Below are positions 41,985 through 51,032 of a stretch of 51,032 nt of DNA, one piece after another (the first letter of the stretch is position 1; each line of letters begins with the position of its first letter). A model generated the notes under the pieces. The model made no database searches. It saw only the letters and a program-made list of their open reading frames with translations, and had not been told where the DNA came from. The position numbers and the translations under genes were made by a program. Where the stretch lies: positions 1 through 51,032 of the forward strand of contig ADNK01002626.1 of the NCBI GenBank assembly GCA_000320545.1. Direction: 5' to 3'. The stretch comes from Bigelowiella natans CCMP2755. Lineage: Eukaryota; Protista; Cercozoa.

Positions 41985-43170
41985 TGGCACGCTAGCTAGG
42001 TAGGTTTATGTGCGATACTAGGACAGCGCACTACACGCTGATGTTACCTAGCCATTACATTCGTCCAATCCCACTGCTTGGAGCAGCCACAACAACAAGC
42101 ACTAGCTAGCTAGCTAGAGCAGTCGTCTAGCAGTGCGTGTAAGCACTTCTGCTGTCATCTGGCAGGCTCATTGCGCGCATGCTAGCTGTGGTACTACAGC
42201 TAGCGAGATTGCTATCTTGCATTGCTTGGGCAAAATAGTGAGGATTAGCTATCTAGCTATAGCTAGGTCGCTGCTAGCCTAGCTCACAAATGCAAGCTAG
42301 GTCGTTGATCGCGTCTAGATTTCTGGATTTTTGCATGCCGTGCCGCAGCTCTGAGCTAGCTAGCTAGCTAGATGGTCTAGTGGTCATCATGTACGATTAC
42401 CTGCTTGCTGGTGCTTCTCTAGCATGAGCTGTCTACGTAGCCTAGCTAGCATGCTGTGGCATGCTTTGATTCCAATTGATTGTGCATGCTAGCATGTCAT
42501 GATGCAGATGCCTGCACGCATCGACAATGCAGCGACATTGTGCGTTGCGATCGATGCGCGATGATCGCGTGTGCAGCATCGATCCATGCTAGCTAGCATG
42601 ATTGAATGAACCATCTTGGCTAGTTGGGTCAAAAAGGCATGCCATCTAGCCATGTAGAAGATCATGCACACATTGTCTAGATTGTTTGTCTAGCTAACAT
42701 GTGTGCAGATCTAATGTTCCACGTAGCACGCTAGCACGCACAACGCATCATCTGCTCCTAGACTCTTGTATTTATTTGAGCTTGTGCTGACTTTTCAATT
42801 TTTTCACATCGGGGGATTCCTACACTAGCACACTAGCAAGACTGGCTACTAGATGCACCAAACTTGACACATGGCATGCTAGCATGGAGGGACAAATTTG
42901 CGCTAGTAGAGCAAAATTCAAATTGATGATGCCATGTTTTGGTTAGGTTCTTTACATGCTAGCATGGGGGTGATCCATGCATATGGAATCATTTAATTTT
43001 CACGCATTTTTTTTGGAATTGCAGCATGTCTTTGAAAATGTTAAACTGATTGTGAGTTATTTCAATCTGGAGTAGACATTACAGATTACACTGTGCACCA
43101 TGCAACATGATCGCAGTAGTAAGATGTACTTTCTAGCTTTGGGTGCTCTAGACTCATGTAGAGCGAACTC
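41985..43170. other. CTAG/CATG-rich island between convergent genes
   Basis: About 35 CTAG in 42100-42970, including (CTAG)4 runs; abundant GCATGC/CATG/TGCA. Confidence 0.85.
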
Positions 43171-43316
43171 TCATATGTTAGTTAATGCACATTACATGTG
43201 CGTGGGAAGGAAATGCGTCTGCCTCTGTGATACCACCTCGATGTACAAAAACGGGATAAGGTTGCTGCTGTTGGCGTTGTTCTGACTTGTGCTGTCTCAT
43301 AGTGGGGATCGTCTTG

Positions 43317-45135
43317 CTACTTGACTAAACGTAAGAACAAAGAGTGAAAACATATTATGCTCGTTTTGGGATTACTTCTAAAAAAAAGTGCAGATATCCG
43401 GTTGTTTTTATTTTTTACCTGAAGCGCTGCTAGAGCAGAGCGACTGTCTGCATAAGCTGGATAACTCACTCTTGGAGGATTGTATCCACAGGATCCCCCA
43501 CCACCACAACCACCCACACCACAATACTCACTCTGCATCATCGCCATCTCCCGGTTTTTACGATCTTTGCTACGAACTGGGTCAGTTGTATCTCTTCCCA
43601 TTTTTACGTCGTCATCTAGTGTTGAACGAGCTGGGTCTGCACTTGCGTTCCAGCTACAAAAATAGGAAATGCAAGGCAGCGTTTCCCCCTTCATCTTCGA
43701 ATCTCTTGCATAGAACTGGAAAGCCACAAGGATAAGTGTTCCAAACCAAATATTGATATCGTTCCCAAGATTGTACACTCTAGCATTCGTATCTGCTGTC
43801 TCCCGATAGCTAGATCGTATAGAAAATTGACGAGCAGATTGAAATCCAAGCAGCAGCGTCGCAAATACAAAGAATATGCTAAATCCAATCATCATTCTTC
43901 GCAGAGATCCCATGGATCGCTCGATACTTCTCTGCTTGTCATTCGAAACTTTTGCCCAACTTTTATTTGCCGAGCCTTTTCTTACCTCAATAGGATCTTG
44001 GTGTTTAGAGGGCTTTGCTCTTGAAACGGAGAGTGCTCCATCATTAACTACAGATGGATTGTTCATGGTTTTCGATCGCGAGATATGGATTTCACTCAAC
44101 TTATTAGTGTCTTTCTTATCAGCAGCAAGAATCTTATTTGCATCGCAACGTTTATGCGTTCAAGATGGCGTTTGGCCAGAGTTGGTTTTGCGATCACCAA
44201 CAACTCTACTATGAGATATTCGAAGTTCCTGATGCAAGCAATATGAAGAATGGATTCCCAAATATGTGTACAACCAAGAGGCTAGAATTTGTGCAAGTAG
44301 CCGCAAAAGAATATATCGAACGTCGTCGGTAATAGTCACAATAAGAGCGCTTCCCATGATGAGAAGGGAGAACACCCCCGCGCAGAGAATGTGAGGGATA
44401 TGGTGCCAACTTGGTAACTTAAAAACCACTTTAATAGTCATGTAGTTGGCCCTCGTAAGCACATAAACAATATCTGTTATTTAGTAAAATTGAGGGTTAG
44501 AATGGGCTTCTAATAATTATTCGGAACTGCAATGATTGGCTCGTCCGATAAGTGAAGAAAATATTCACTTACAATGTAAAATCAAGAGTGCAAGCGTCTG
44601 AGGTATAACACATAAAACAAGATTAAATTGAGCCAAACTTATTAGCCATGTCGTATATTCCACATACATTTAGTAAGGAAAGGAGGAATATGGCTGGTCT
44701 TGCTCCGTAGTAAAAGGGCTCATGAACCCCCTTATAAGAAATGGCAAGCCTATTATGAACTTATTTCTTATTTCATGCATGTTTTATTCCATAGGCGTGT
44801 TTCAGTTGTTGATGAACATGTTTATGAATCAACTATCAGGTTGATCACGCTTTCATATTTCATTCATGAGTTACTAACAGAATATCAAAAATTTGATGTA
44901 AGTCTAAAGTTTAAAACTTTTATAATACATAGCTGGGAACTATACCACTAGCCAGATGATGTAAACAACATTTGTAAATAGCGTAAGCCTGAAATTTCAC
45001 CAGATGTAAGTTTTCATGATCTATTTTACTCATTTCAGTCAGAACCTATTTCACGTGTTTGTCTATGACCTACCTGTTGATGACATTTTTTGTATGAGAC
45101 CGCACAGAGAAATTCCACAGACCAATGGAGATCTG
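43317..45135 (-). pseudogene. Multi-TM (7TM/GPCR-like) protein gene with an in-frame TGA at 44160-44162
   Basis: ORFs 44160..44462 and 43317..44099 share one frame, separated only by one TGA (TPS*THKRC). Alternating TM helices flank a long hydrophilic loop, like ICL3. Small hydrophobic exons lie upstream (~44590, ~44970, ~45100). Confidence 0.55.
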
Positions 45136-46561
45136 AGTCAAGGCGACTAGAATTTTTAGCCCATCTGTCAAATTTGATATCATCGAAAATCCGAAACTGA
45201 GATGCACCACCATAAGAATGACTAGCTTAGAATCGAGCTCACACGCGCGGTTTCTACTGGAGTTCTAAACATTCCCCCTGATGTGCATTTGACATCTTGA
45301 CATCATGATCGCATGCCTTGACAGACTTCACTAGCGAATGCTGCAACCTGATATCACCCAAACTGTCGAGTAGTCAGAGGAAGGAAACAGTCCAAGCATG
45401 ACAGTGTTGGATGAGATTTGTGCAATGCGCGTTTCTCCCTCGTTGTCTGCTGCAATGGTCACGTCGTGAAATCGCCCCGTCCATTGTGCAGCACCAACGG
45501 ACTCCACATGACTGCCGTTTATTCCCGTTTGTTGTGTCGCGTTCAGAATTTAATCACAAATCAAAGGGAATTTTGCACACTCGTGAGAGTGAAAATGCAC
45601 TGGTTGTATCTGAGAATCTAAGAAATATTTTGCAGCGCATTCTTTTCGAGTCACAGCAGTTCAGCCACATCATCACTCAGTTCTGAGCGCAAAATTGCGA
45701 AAATGAAGGCCGTTTCTTCATTTTGAAAGCTTTTGTTTGTGTTCCTCAAAGAGCTGTCTCCACTTGATGAAGGGCCTGACAGCCCAAAGGAAGCAGTCAA
45801 GATTGTGAGCGCTGCTTTCGAGATGCAACCACGCTCCATTTTCCCACCATTGTCGGAATTCGTTATTGTCGTACGTTTTCTTTCCCCATAAATTTCAATT
45901 GTATGCAATGAACTTTGTGTCCTGCCTTCTTTTTGGTTTTCCTTGATGGAATTGATGCCCTGTTGTGTCGCTGAGCCAAATCAAGACACTTTAGGAATTC
46001 CAGTCATAATCGAGACGATTTTGGTTGAAATGATGCCAACTGCGGTGCAAACGGCAACCCTTTTCACACGTGCTGAAAACCATTGTCGCAAAGCGTGAGC
46101 GCAGAGATTTCGATGTCAACGCCAACATTCAATTTTTCTCTCCAAATCAAACACTTGCGCGGCGCGGCGAGAGTCACAGAGGCACACCTGTTTTGCTGGT
46201 TCGGCGCAACAGACAAATCCTGTTGTTAATGTTGAAAAGTCATTGCATTGTGTTGCATTGCATTGCATTGTGTTGCATTGTTGTTGCGCCAAGCCAACAA
46301 GCCAGCAAGGTTGAAATCTGAGTTCTTTGAAGAAACCTTTTCGTTCAACAAATCTGTTTCGACACGGACAACGCTGACAACGTTCTTCCCGAAGTGTTGG
46401 CCAGAGCTGAACGCAGCATTGTGTCCCGGTCACGTTTGGCCTCGAGCACGTGTTTGTGAAGTCGGCCTTGACAGGTCCACCCAAACGGCCAGCACATCCA
46501 CGATGGTGTCTGTAGCGCGTACCACTACGCGGGCACAAGTCACGTGCGACAACAAAGGGGT

Positions 46562-46836
46562 TGTCGCGGATATAGAATATAGATAACGTAGATATTAATA
46601 CAGCATAGGCACGTGGGTTCCGGCGGGACTCATGGCAGCACACCGGAAGTGTGCTGCCCCACGTGCGGCGGCATTCGCGAAAGCTTCGCGAATGATTACG
46701 CAGTGCACGATTTAATAAAAATATAATCTTTAATAAAAATAAACAAAACTCTTCAAAAGGAAGCAAACGTGCCTTTCCCCCCCCCTGCCTACTTGTGCAC
46801 GTAGCGCCTCGGCCTGTGAACACCTTACGCGCAACA
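46562..46836 (+). repeat. Putative 5' LTR (~275 bp)
   Basis: Starts TGTCGCG and ends CGCAACA (imperfect terminal inverted repeat, TG...CA). It has an abrupt composition change from the flank and AATAAA signals at 46714-46743, and is followed by the PBS. The 3' LTR is not in the window, so the ends are unconfirmed. Confidence 0.65.
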
Positions 46837-46841
46837 ACCTT

Positions 46842-46864
46842 TGGCTTCCACACACGGGAAACGA
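46842..46864 (+). promoter_or_regulatory. Primer-binding site complementary to a tRNA 3' end (tRNA-Glu-like)
   Basis: TGGCTTCCACACACGGGAAACGA; reverse complement TCGTTTCCCGTGTGTGGAAG-CCA has a T-loop/T-stem/acceptor-CCA layout. It lies 5 nt after the LTR end and 11 nt before the gag ATG. Confidence 0.7.
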
Positions 46865-46875
46865 TTTGACTAACA

Positions 46876-48621
46876 ATGTCACAGCAGCTAGAAGAACAGC
46901 AGGACTTTGGCTCGCAGGCCGTGCAAGGGCACGAGCAGAAACAGGAAAGGAAGGGCGATACGGACGCTAAGGAAGGAGGAGGAACACCTCCACAGGCACC
47001 GCCGGGACCAGCACCCGGGATTAAGAAAGCAGATGCAGCAGCAGAGGCACTGGAGAACTTCTACGAGGCGGACGACGAGGACGTGGCCGCCGAAAGCAAG
47101 AAGGTCGTAATGGCATTACGAGCCTTGCGACCCAGGGCGAGCAACTACGCCAAACTGAAAGTATCGATAGAATACAAGTATCAGACACATGATGTTTGGG
47201 CAGCTATCATGCAGGACATCATGGATTACGAAGCAGACTTACCTCCAGAGTGGGCAGCTTTGTTTAGGAACGACGGGGGTCTGGGCGCCTCGCGGGGGAC
47301 GACCCAGAGCACCGTCAAGCAGCAGCAGCCGGTACAGCGGAACACCCAGTTCATGTCTGTTAAAACAGCACCGGTTATGATAACGAAATACAACGGGAAA
47401 AGAGGTGAGGCAAGGAGGTGGTGGAAGAACGCTAGGAGTATACTCTGCGACTTTACCCCTAACCCCACCGAAAACGACAAGCTCAAATGGCTAGCTATAA
47501 TAAAGCAAGCCATGGACCTTTACGAGACAGGCAGGACCCGGATCAGGCAGCTAGAGAAAATACACACTACAGTTAGTGGGCTACGAGACGTTGAGGCGAT
47601 AATGAAGGCTTTTGTAAATGAACAGGATGCTAACTCCCTACCCCAGGCTATTAGAAAATACAGAGCAATGATGCAGCATGAGAGAGAACCTGTTAGAGAC
47701 TTTGCCACGCGCTTCCAGGATATGATCGACGAACTACATGATTTTAATTACAACACAGGTGATGATCAGGCAAGGTTTGAAGAGTTCAAGTTAAAGATAA
47801 AGGAATCCACTTACGTTACGGAGAAAGGCTACACCACGATGGAGGCAGCAGTGCAGGCTATATCCCTACGCGAGCAGGAGCAGGACCGCAAGTTTACCAG
47901 CCCTAAGGTACCTGGCATAGGAAACATTAACGCTATTAAGCCGCAGCGAGACTGGTACAAGGACAGGGAAGGTAACCGACGTTGCGGATACTGCTCACGT
48001 AAAGGGAAACACACCGCTAAAGACTGCAGAGACAGGAAAGAAGGACGACCCAGGATGACGATCAGGCAGCTCAACGAACACTACGAGAAGTTAAAGAGAA
48101 AGAAAGGCAGAGGACAAGGATATAACAACAGCAAATGGCAAGGCAGCAACAACGGGAAGAACAATAAATATAAGAACAAAAAGCAGAACAGTATCAATGC
48201 TATACAGCAGCAGATAAACGGAATATTAGATCACCTTAAGCAGGCGCCGACGAAGACAGCAGTACCAGCAACGCAGGACCAAGACAAGCCCATGACCCTA
48301 GACGACATAAAGAACTTAGGAGTATGCAACATTAATGACGAAGACGCTAACAGGACTATCAAAGTTGCTATGACCAAGGTTAAAGTTAAAGACAGCTACG
48401 GAGACTACAAGAAACTACCTGCCCTTTGGGATAGTGGCAGCATGCCGAAGTCCTTCATAAGCCTAAGCACAGTAAGAAGGTTAGGACTATTGGATCAAGT
48501 GACTAAGAAAGAACGTAAATATGCTCAAGCAGACGGAAGCTCTTCCATGAAGACCGTCGGTGAGCTAATGCTAAAGCTACAGATACCTGGCAGCGACGCG
48601 GAGACCCAAATCAAGACCTGA
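46876..48621 (+). CDS. gag: Gag plus most of the aspartic protease (581 aa to TGA)
   Basis: Capsid-like KYNGKRGEARRWW and MMQHEREPVRDFATRF, zinc knuckle CGYCSRKGKHTAKDC, protease ALWDSGS (D at 48430). Confidence 0.9.
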   Translation: MSQQLEEQQDFGSQAVQGHEQKQERKGDTDAKEGGGTPPQAPPGPAPGIKKADAAAEALENFYEADDEDVAAESKKVVMALRALRPRASNYAKLKVSIEYKYQTHDVWAAIMQDIMDYEADLPPEWAALFRNDGGLGASRGTTQSTVKQQQPVQRNTQFMSVKTAPVMITKYNGKRGEARRWWKNARSILCDFTPNPTENDKLKWLAIIKQAMDLYETGRTRIRQLEKIHTTVSGLRDVEAIMKAFVNEQDANSLPQAIRKYRAMMQHEREPVRDFATRFQDMIDELHDFNYNTGDDQARFEEFKLKIKESTYVTEKGYTTMEAAVQAISLREQEQDRKFTSPKVPGIGNINAIKPQRDWYKDREGNRRCGYCSRKGKHTAKDCRDRKEGRPRMTIRQLNEHYEKLKRKKGRGQGYNNSKWQGSNNGKNNKYKNKKQNSINAIQQQINGILDHLKQAPTKTAVPATQDQDKPMTLDDIKNLGVCNINDEDANRTIKVAMTKVKVKDSYGDYKKLPALWDSGSMPKSFISLSTVRRLGLLDQVTKKERKYAQADGSSSMKTVGELMLKLQIPGSDAETQIKT

Positions 48622-51032
48622 GTAGCCATGACTTTATCCATGGAACTACTCCTCGGACAGGATGCCCTAGAAAAATTAGGGGGGATCATATCATTCTACA
48701 ATCACAAGATATACTTTGCTAAGTTGCCAAAGAAGTCAGGCAGGACCATCAGCCAGAACATGATACGGCTTGACGAGTGGACCTCTGAGTCAAGCGTTAA
48801 TGCGTTAGAGTTTATGGACCTAGCGGACAACAAGCTACCTACACCTACCGAGCTACGGAAGAAGAACCCCGGCAAGACCATCCGACAGATAACGGAGCTA
48901 CTGGACAAGACCCCCCCAGCTGATGATTGGGATATCGACAAAGGCAAAAAGTACATTAATAAAATATTAAACGAGAAGTACTCTGACATCACCAAGCCGA
49001 CGACGAAGCCCTCCAGCAAGCTTACCCCAGTAAAGATCGAGCTAAAGAAGGGATACGAAGAGTGCATCATCAATGACCCAGAACATAGGCGACCGGAAGC
49101 GGACTGGGAAAAGATAGAGTGGCAGATCAATGAATGGGCAAAGGAAGGGAAGATAGAGCCAAGCAACTCACCATGGAACGTGAGACATGTGCTAGCTAAG
49201 AAACCTACTTACCCTTTCTTCCGCCTGGCGCACAACTTCATCCGCCACAACCGAGTAATAAAGAGGATCCAGACACCTACACCAAGGATAGATGACGTTA
49301 TTGAACACGTCATAGGATACAAATACTACTCTTCCCTAGATAAAAATGAATCATACATGCAGACACCCATCCACAAAACCTCCCGCCCCATTACCGCGTT
49401 CTCCAGCAGGCACAGGAAGTGGCACTTCGTCGTATTCCCTTACGGCCTAAGCATATCAGGGGATGCGTTCAGTAGTCAGAACTACAGGGCATACACACAT
49501 GATGGGATGGCGTCTGTGTTGTGGGTGTTTGTGTTTGTGTATGTGGATGATGACATAATATGTACCAACACAGTCGTCGCTCAGATCTTCCTCCTGGAAA
49601 ATATATTTATTAGGTTTGCACACTTCGGTTTTACTATTAGACTGCAGAAGTGTACATTCCTAGCTACAAGAATCAAGTGGTGTGGATATTACCTGGAGCA
49701 AGGCCGCATCACCCCAAACCCCGAGAAAGTAGCAGCACTACAGCAAGCCCCTAAACCTAAGAATGCAAAGGAGTTAAAGTCATTCTTGCAGACTGCAGCT
49801 TGGATACTACGTAGGTTCTCCCCTACCTACGCTAGGACTGCAGCTGCTTTTACTACTGCTTACCGGAAGGAGAACTCTGTAGGCCTCAGCTTCGCTAAGG
49901 TGTGGGCCAAGGCTGGCCTTGATGCCCACTTCGATAACCTAATAAAGTTATGCAGCAACACCCTATTGAATGCTAAGCTAGACACTACTAGACCAGCTAC
50001 CCTATGGACAGACTGGTCTAAGCTAGGTATGGCTGCTGTACTTACCCAAGACCAGCAGATCATACGGGTGTGGGGCAGGGCCTGCACAGCAGCTGAGGCC
50101 AAGTACAGCCCTACAAAAGGAGAGTATAAAGCCATGACTGAGGCGCAGAGGAAACTAAGATACTACCTGCTGTCGGTGCCCAGCTTCACCTTAATGACTG
50201 ACCACAAGCCCCTCCTAGGCATCGACCGCAAGCTCGAAGCGCCTAACGATGAGTATGCAGCTATGAGGGCGGACACGGAAGAGTTTAGGGACAAGAGGAC
50301 AGTGGTCTACGCACCAGGAGACAAGCAGCTTGCTGACTATTTCAGCAGGCTGTTCGAAAAGAAAGTCCCTACCCAGGTCACCCCTATGGTTAACGCGATT
50401 ACCTTCGAGGACGGCGACTTCCTGCCTGAGCCAGAGGAGCTCCAGCACCTTCAAGAACACCTGGATAAATACAAACACAAGCATGAGGTACTTAGTGATA
50501 GGATATATGTATACACTAATAATGTTAGGCGTACCTACGTGCCACGGCGGACCAGGGGAGCCCTTCTCTTTACCGCCCATGGACCTGCACACGTAGGAGA
50601 AAACCATATCACTGCTCTACTCTACCATTACTACTGGCCCTACAAGCTAAAAGAGATAAGGACATACCTGCGTGGCTGCAGGTGCTCCAGCTTGAAGGCG
50701 GCAGGCGTCGCCACCAAGGAGTCCAGCAAGAGCCGTGCATCTAAGAAAATCAAAGCAAGGAACTTCTTAGATATCGTGCAAATTGATGTTTATAAGTACG
50801 ATGGCTATCACTACCTTACCTTCGTTGATGTGGCCACTGGAAAGTGCTGGGTTAAAAAGATTATCAAGGTCAACGTTGCTAAGAAGAACAAAGGCTTATA
50901 TAAGCAGAGGCTTACTAACTGCTACCGTACCTGGGAGTCTGAGCTCCAGGCTATCCCTGATGAAGTTAGCATAAACAAGATACCAAAGAAGTTACATGTG
51001 GATAATGAGACCTCTCTTCTACAGCTACCACA
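48622..51032 (+). CDS. pol: Pol continuation (PR C-terminus, RT, RNase H, integrase), same frame as gag, open to the window end; absent from the ORF track
   Basis: My translation has no stop: ELLLGQDAL (PR), IEPSNSPWN, LDKNESYMQ, FPYGL, YVDD (49540-49551), LQKCTF, WTDWS...YSPTKGE...TDHKPL...ADYFSR (RNase H), H-GPA-H...YYWP...CRC (IN zinc domain), IVQIDV and LHVDN (first two catalytic Asp). Confidence 0.93.

Larger units (their letters stand above)
46562..51032 (+). mobile_element. Ty3/gypsy (Metaviridae) LTR retrotransposon, 3' end beyond the window
   Basis: LTR, PBS, then gag (CCHC), protease, RT, RNase H and integrase in Ty3/gypsy order, all in one frame. Confidence 0.95.

Noticed and set aside
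14241-46512. Plain CpG deamination as the sole cause of the islands
   Set aside because: It could make CATG/TGCA, but it does not remove TpA, and CpG remains common in 4900-5500, 42500-42600 and 45400-46560.
46600-46710. HDV-like or hammerhead ribozyme in the LTR (GCGAATG; minus-strand ctgccatgagtcc...ggaac)
   Set aside because: No P2/P3/L3 pseudoknot geometry for HDV and no CUGANGA/GAAA core for a hammerhead; kept only as a generic hairpin finding.
46116-46853. 245-aa antisense ORF across the LTR
   Set aside because: It spans the insertion junction and the TpA-void zone, where TAA/TAG stops are scarce by composition; no recognisable motifs.
6022-48621. Genome-wide TGA=Trp recoding
   Set aside because: TGG is used throughout, long ORFs (SulP, gag, pol) otherwise lack internal TGA, and SulP appears to end in TGA.
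1-51032. CRISPR arrays, rRNA, tRNA or snRNA genes
   Set aside because: None recognised by eye; the only tRNA-like match is the PBS. A covariance-model scan would be needed to exclude intronic snoRNAs.

Overview
Eukaryotic nuclear DNA from an intron-rich protist (chlorarachniophyte-like by style; taxon is only an inference). Most introns are short GT-AG introns packed with (TA)n, (CA)n, (GA)n and trinucleotide microsatellites, so most short ORFs in the track are artefacts. By hand-splicing I find, in order: the 3' half of an ABCG transporter (+), a nearly intronless SulP/SLC26-STAS transporter (-), a PWI-domain protein (+), a small hypothetical gene and an AGC-group kinase with HMD/DFN motifs (-), an LtrA-family membrane protein with its halves in swapped order (+), a GT47/exostosin glycosyltransferase (-), a single-pass membrane protein (+), a multi-TM gene with an in-frame TGA (-), and the 5' part of a divergent Ty3/gypsy LTR retrotransposon (+; LTR, PBS, gag-PR-RT-RH-IN, one in-frame TGA inside PR). 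Genes alternate almost strictly head-to-head / tail-to-tail. The most unusual signal is not a gene. Three roughly 0.5-1 kb islands sit between converging 3' ends; in two of them TpA survives almost only as CTA/TAG (CTAG hugely enriched), and the third shows the same trend more weakly. A TpA-void but CpG-rich zone lies next to the LTR. Together these suggest a localised, RIP-like TpA->CpA/TpG mutational or base-modification system. All counts are by hand; exon models are unverified by transcripts.
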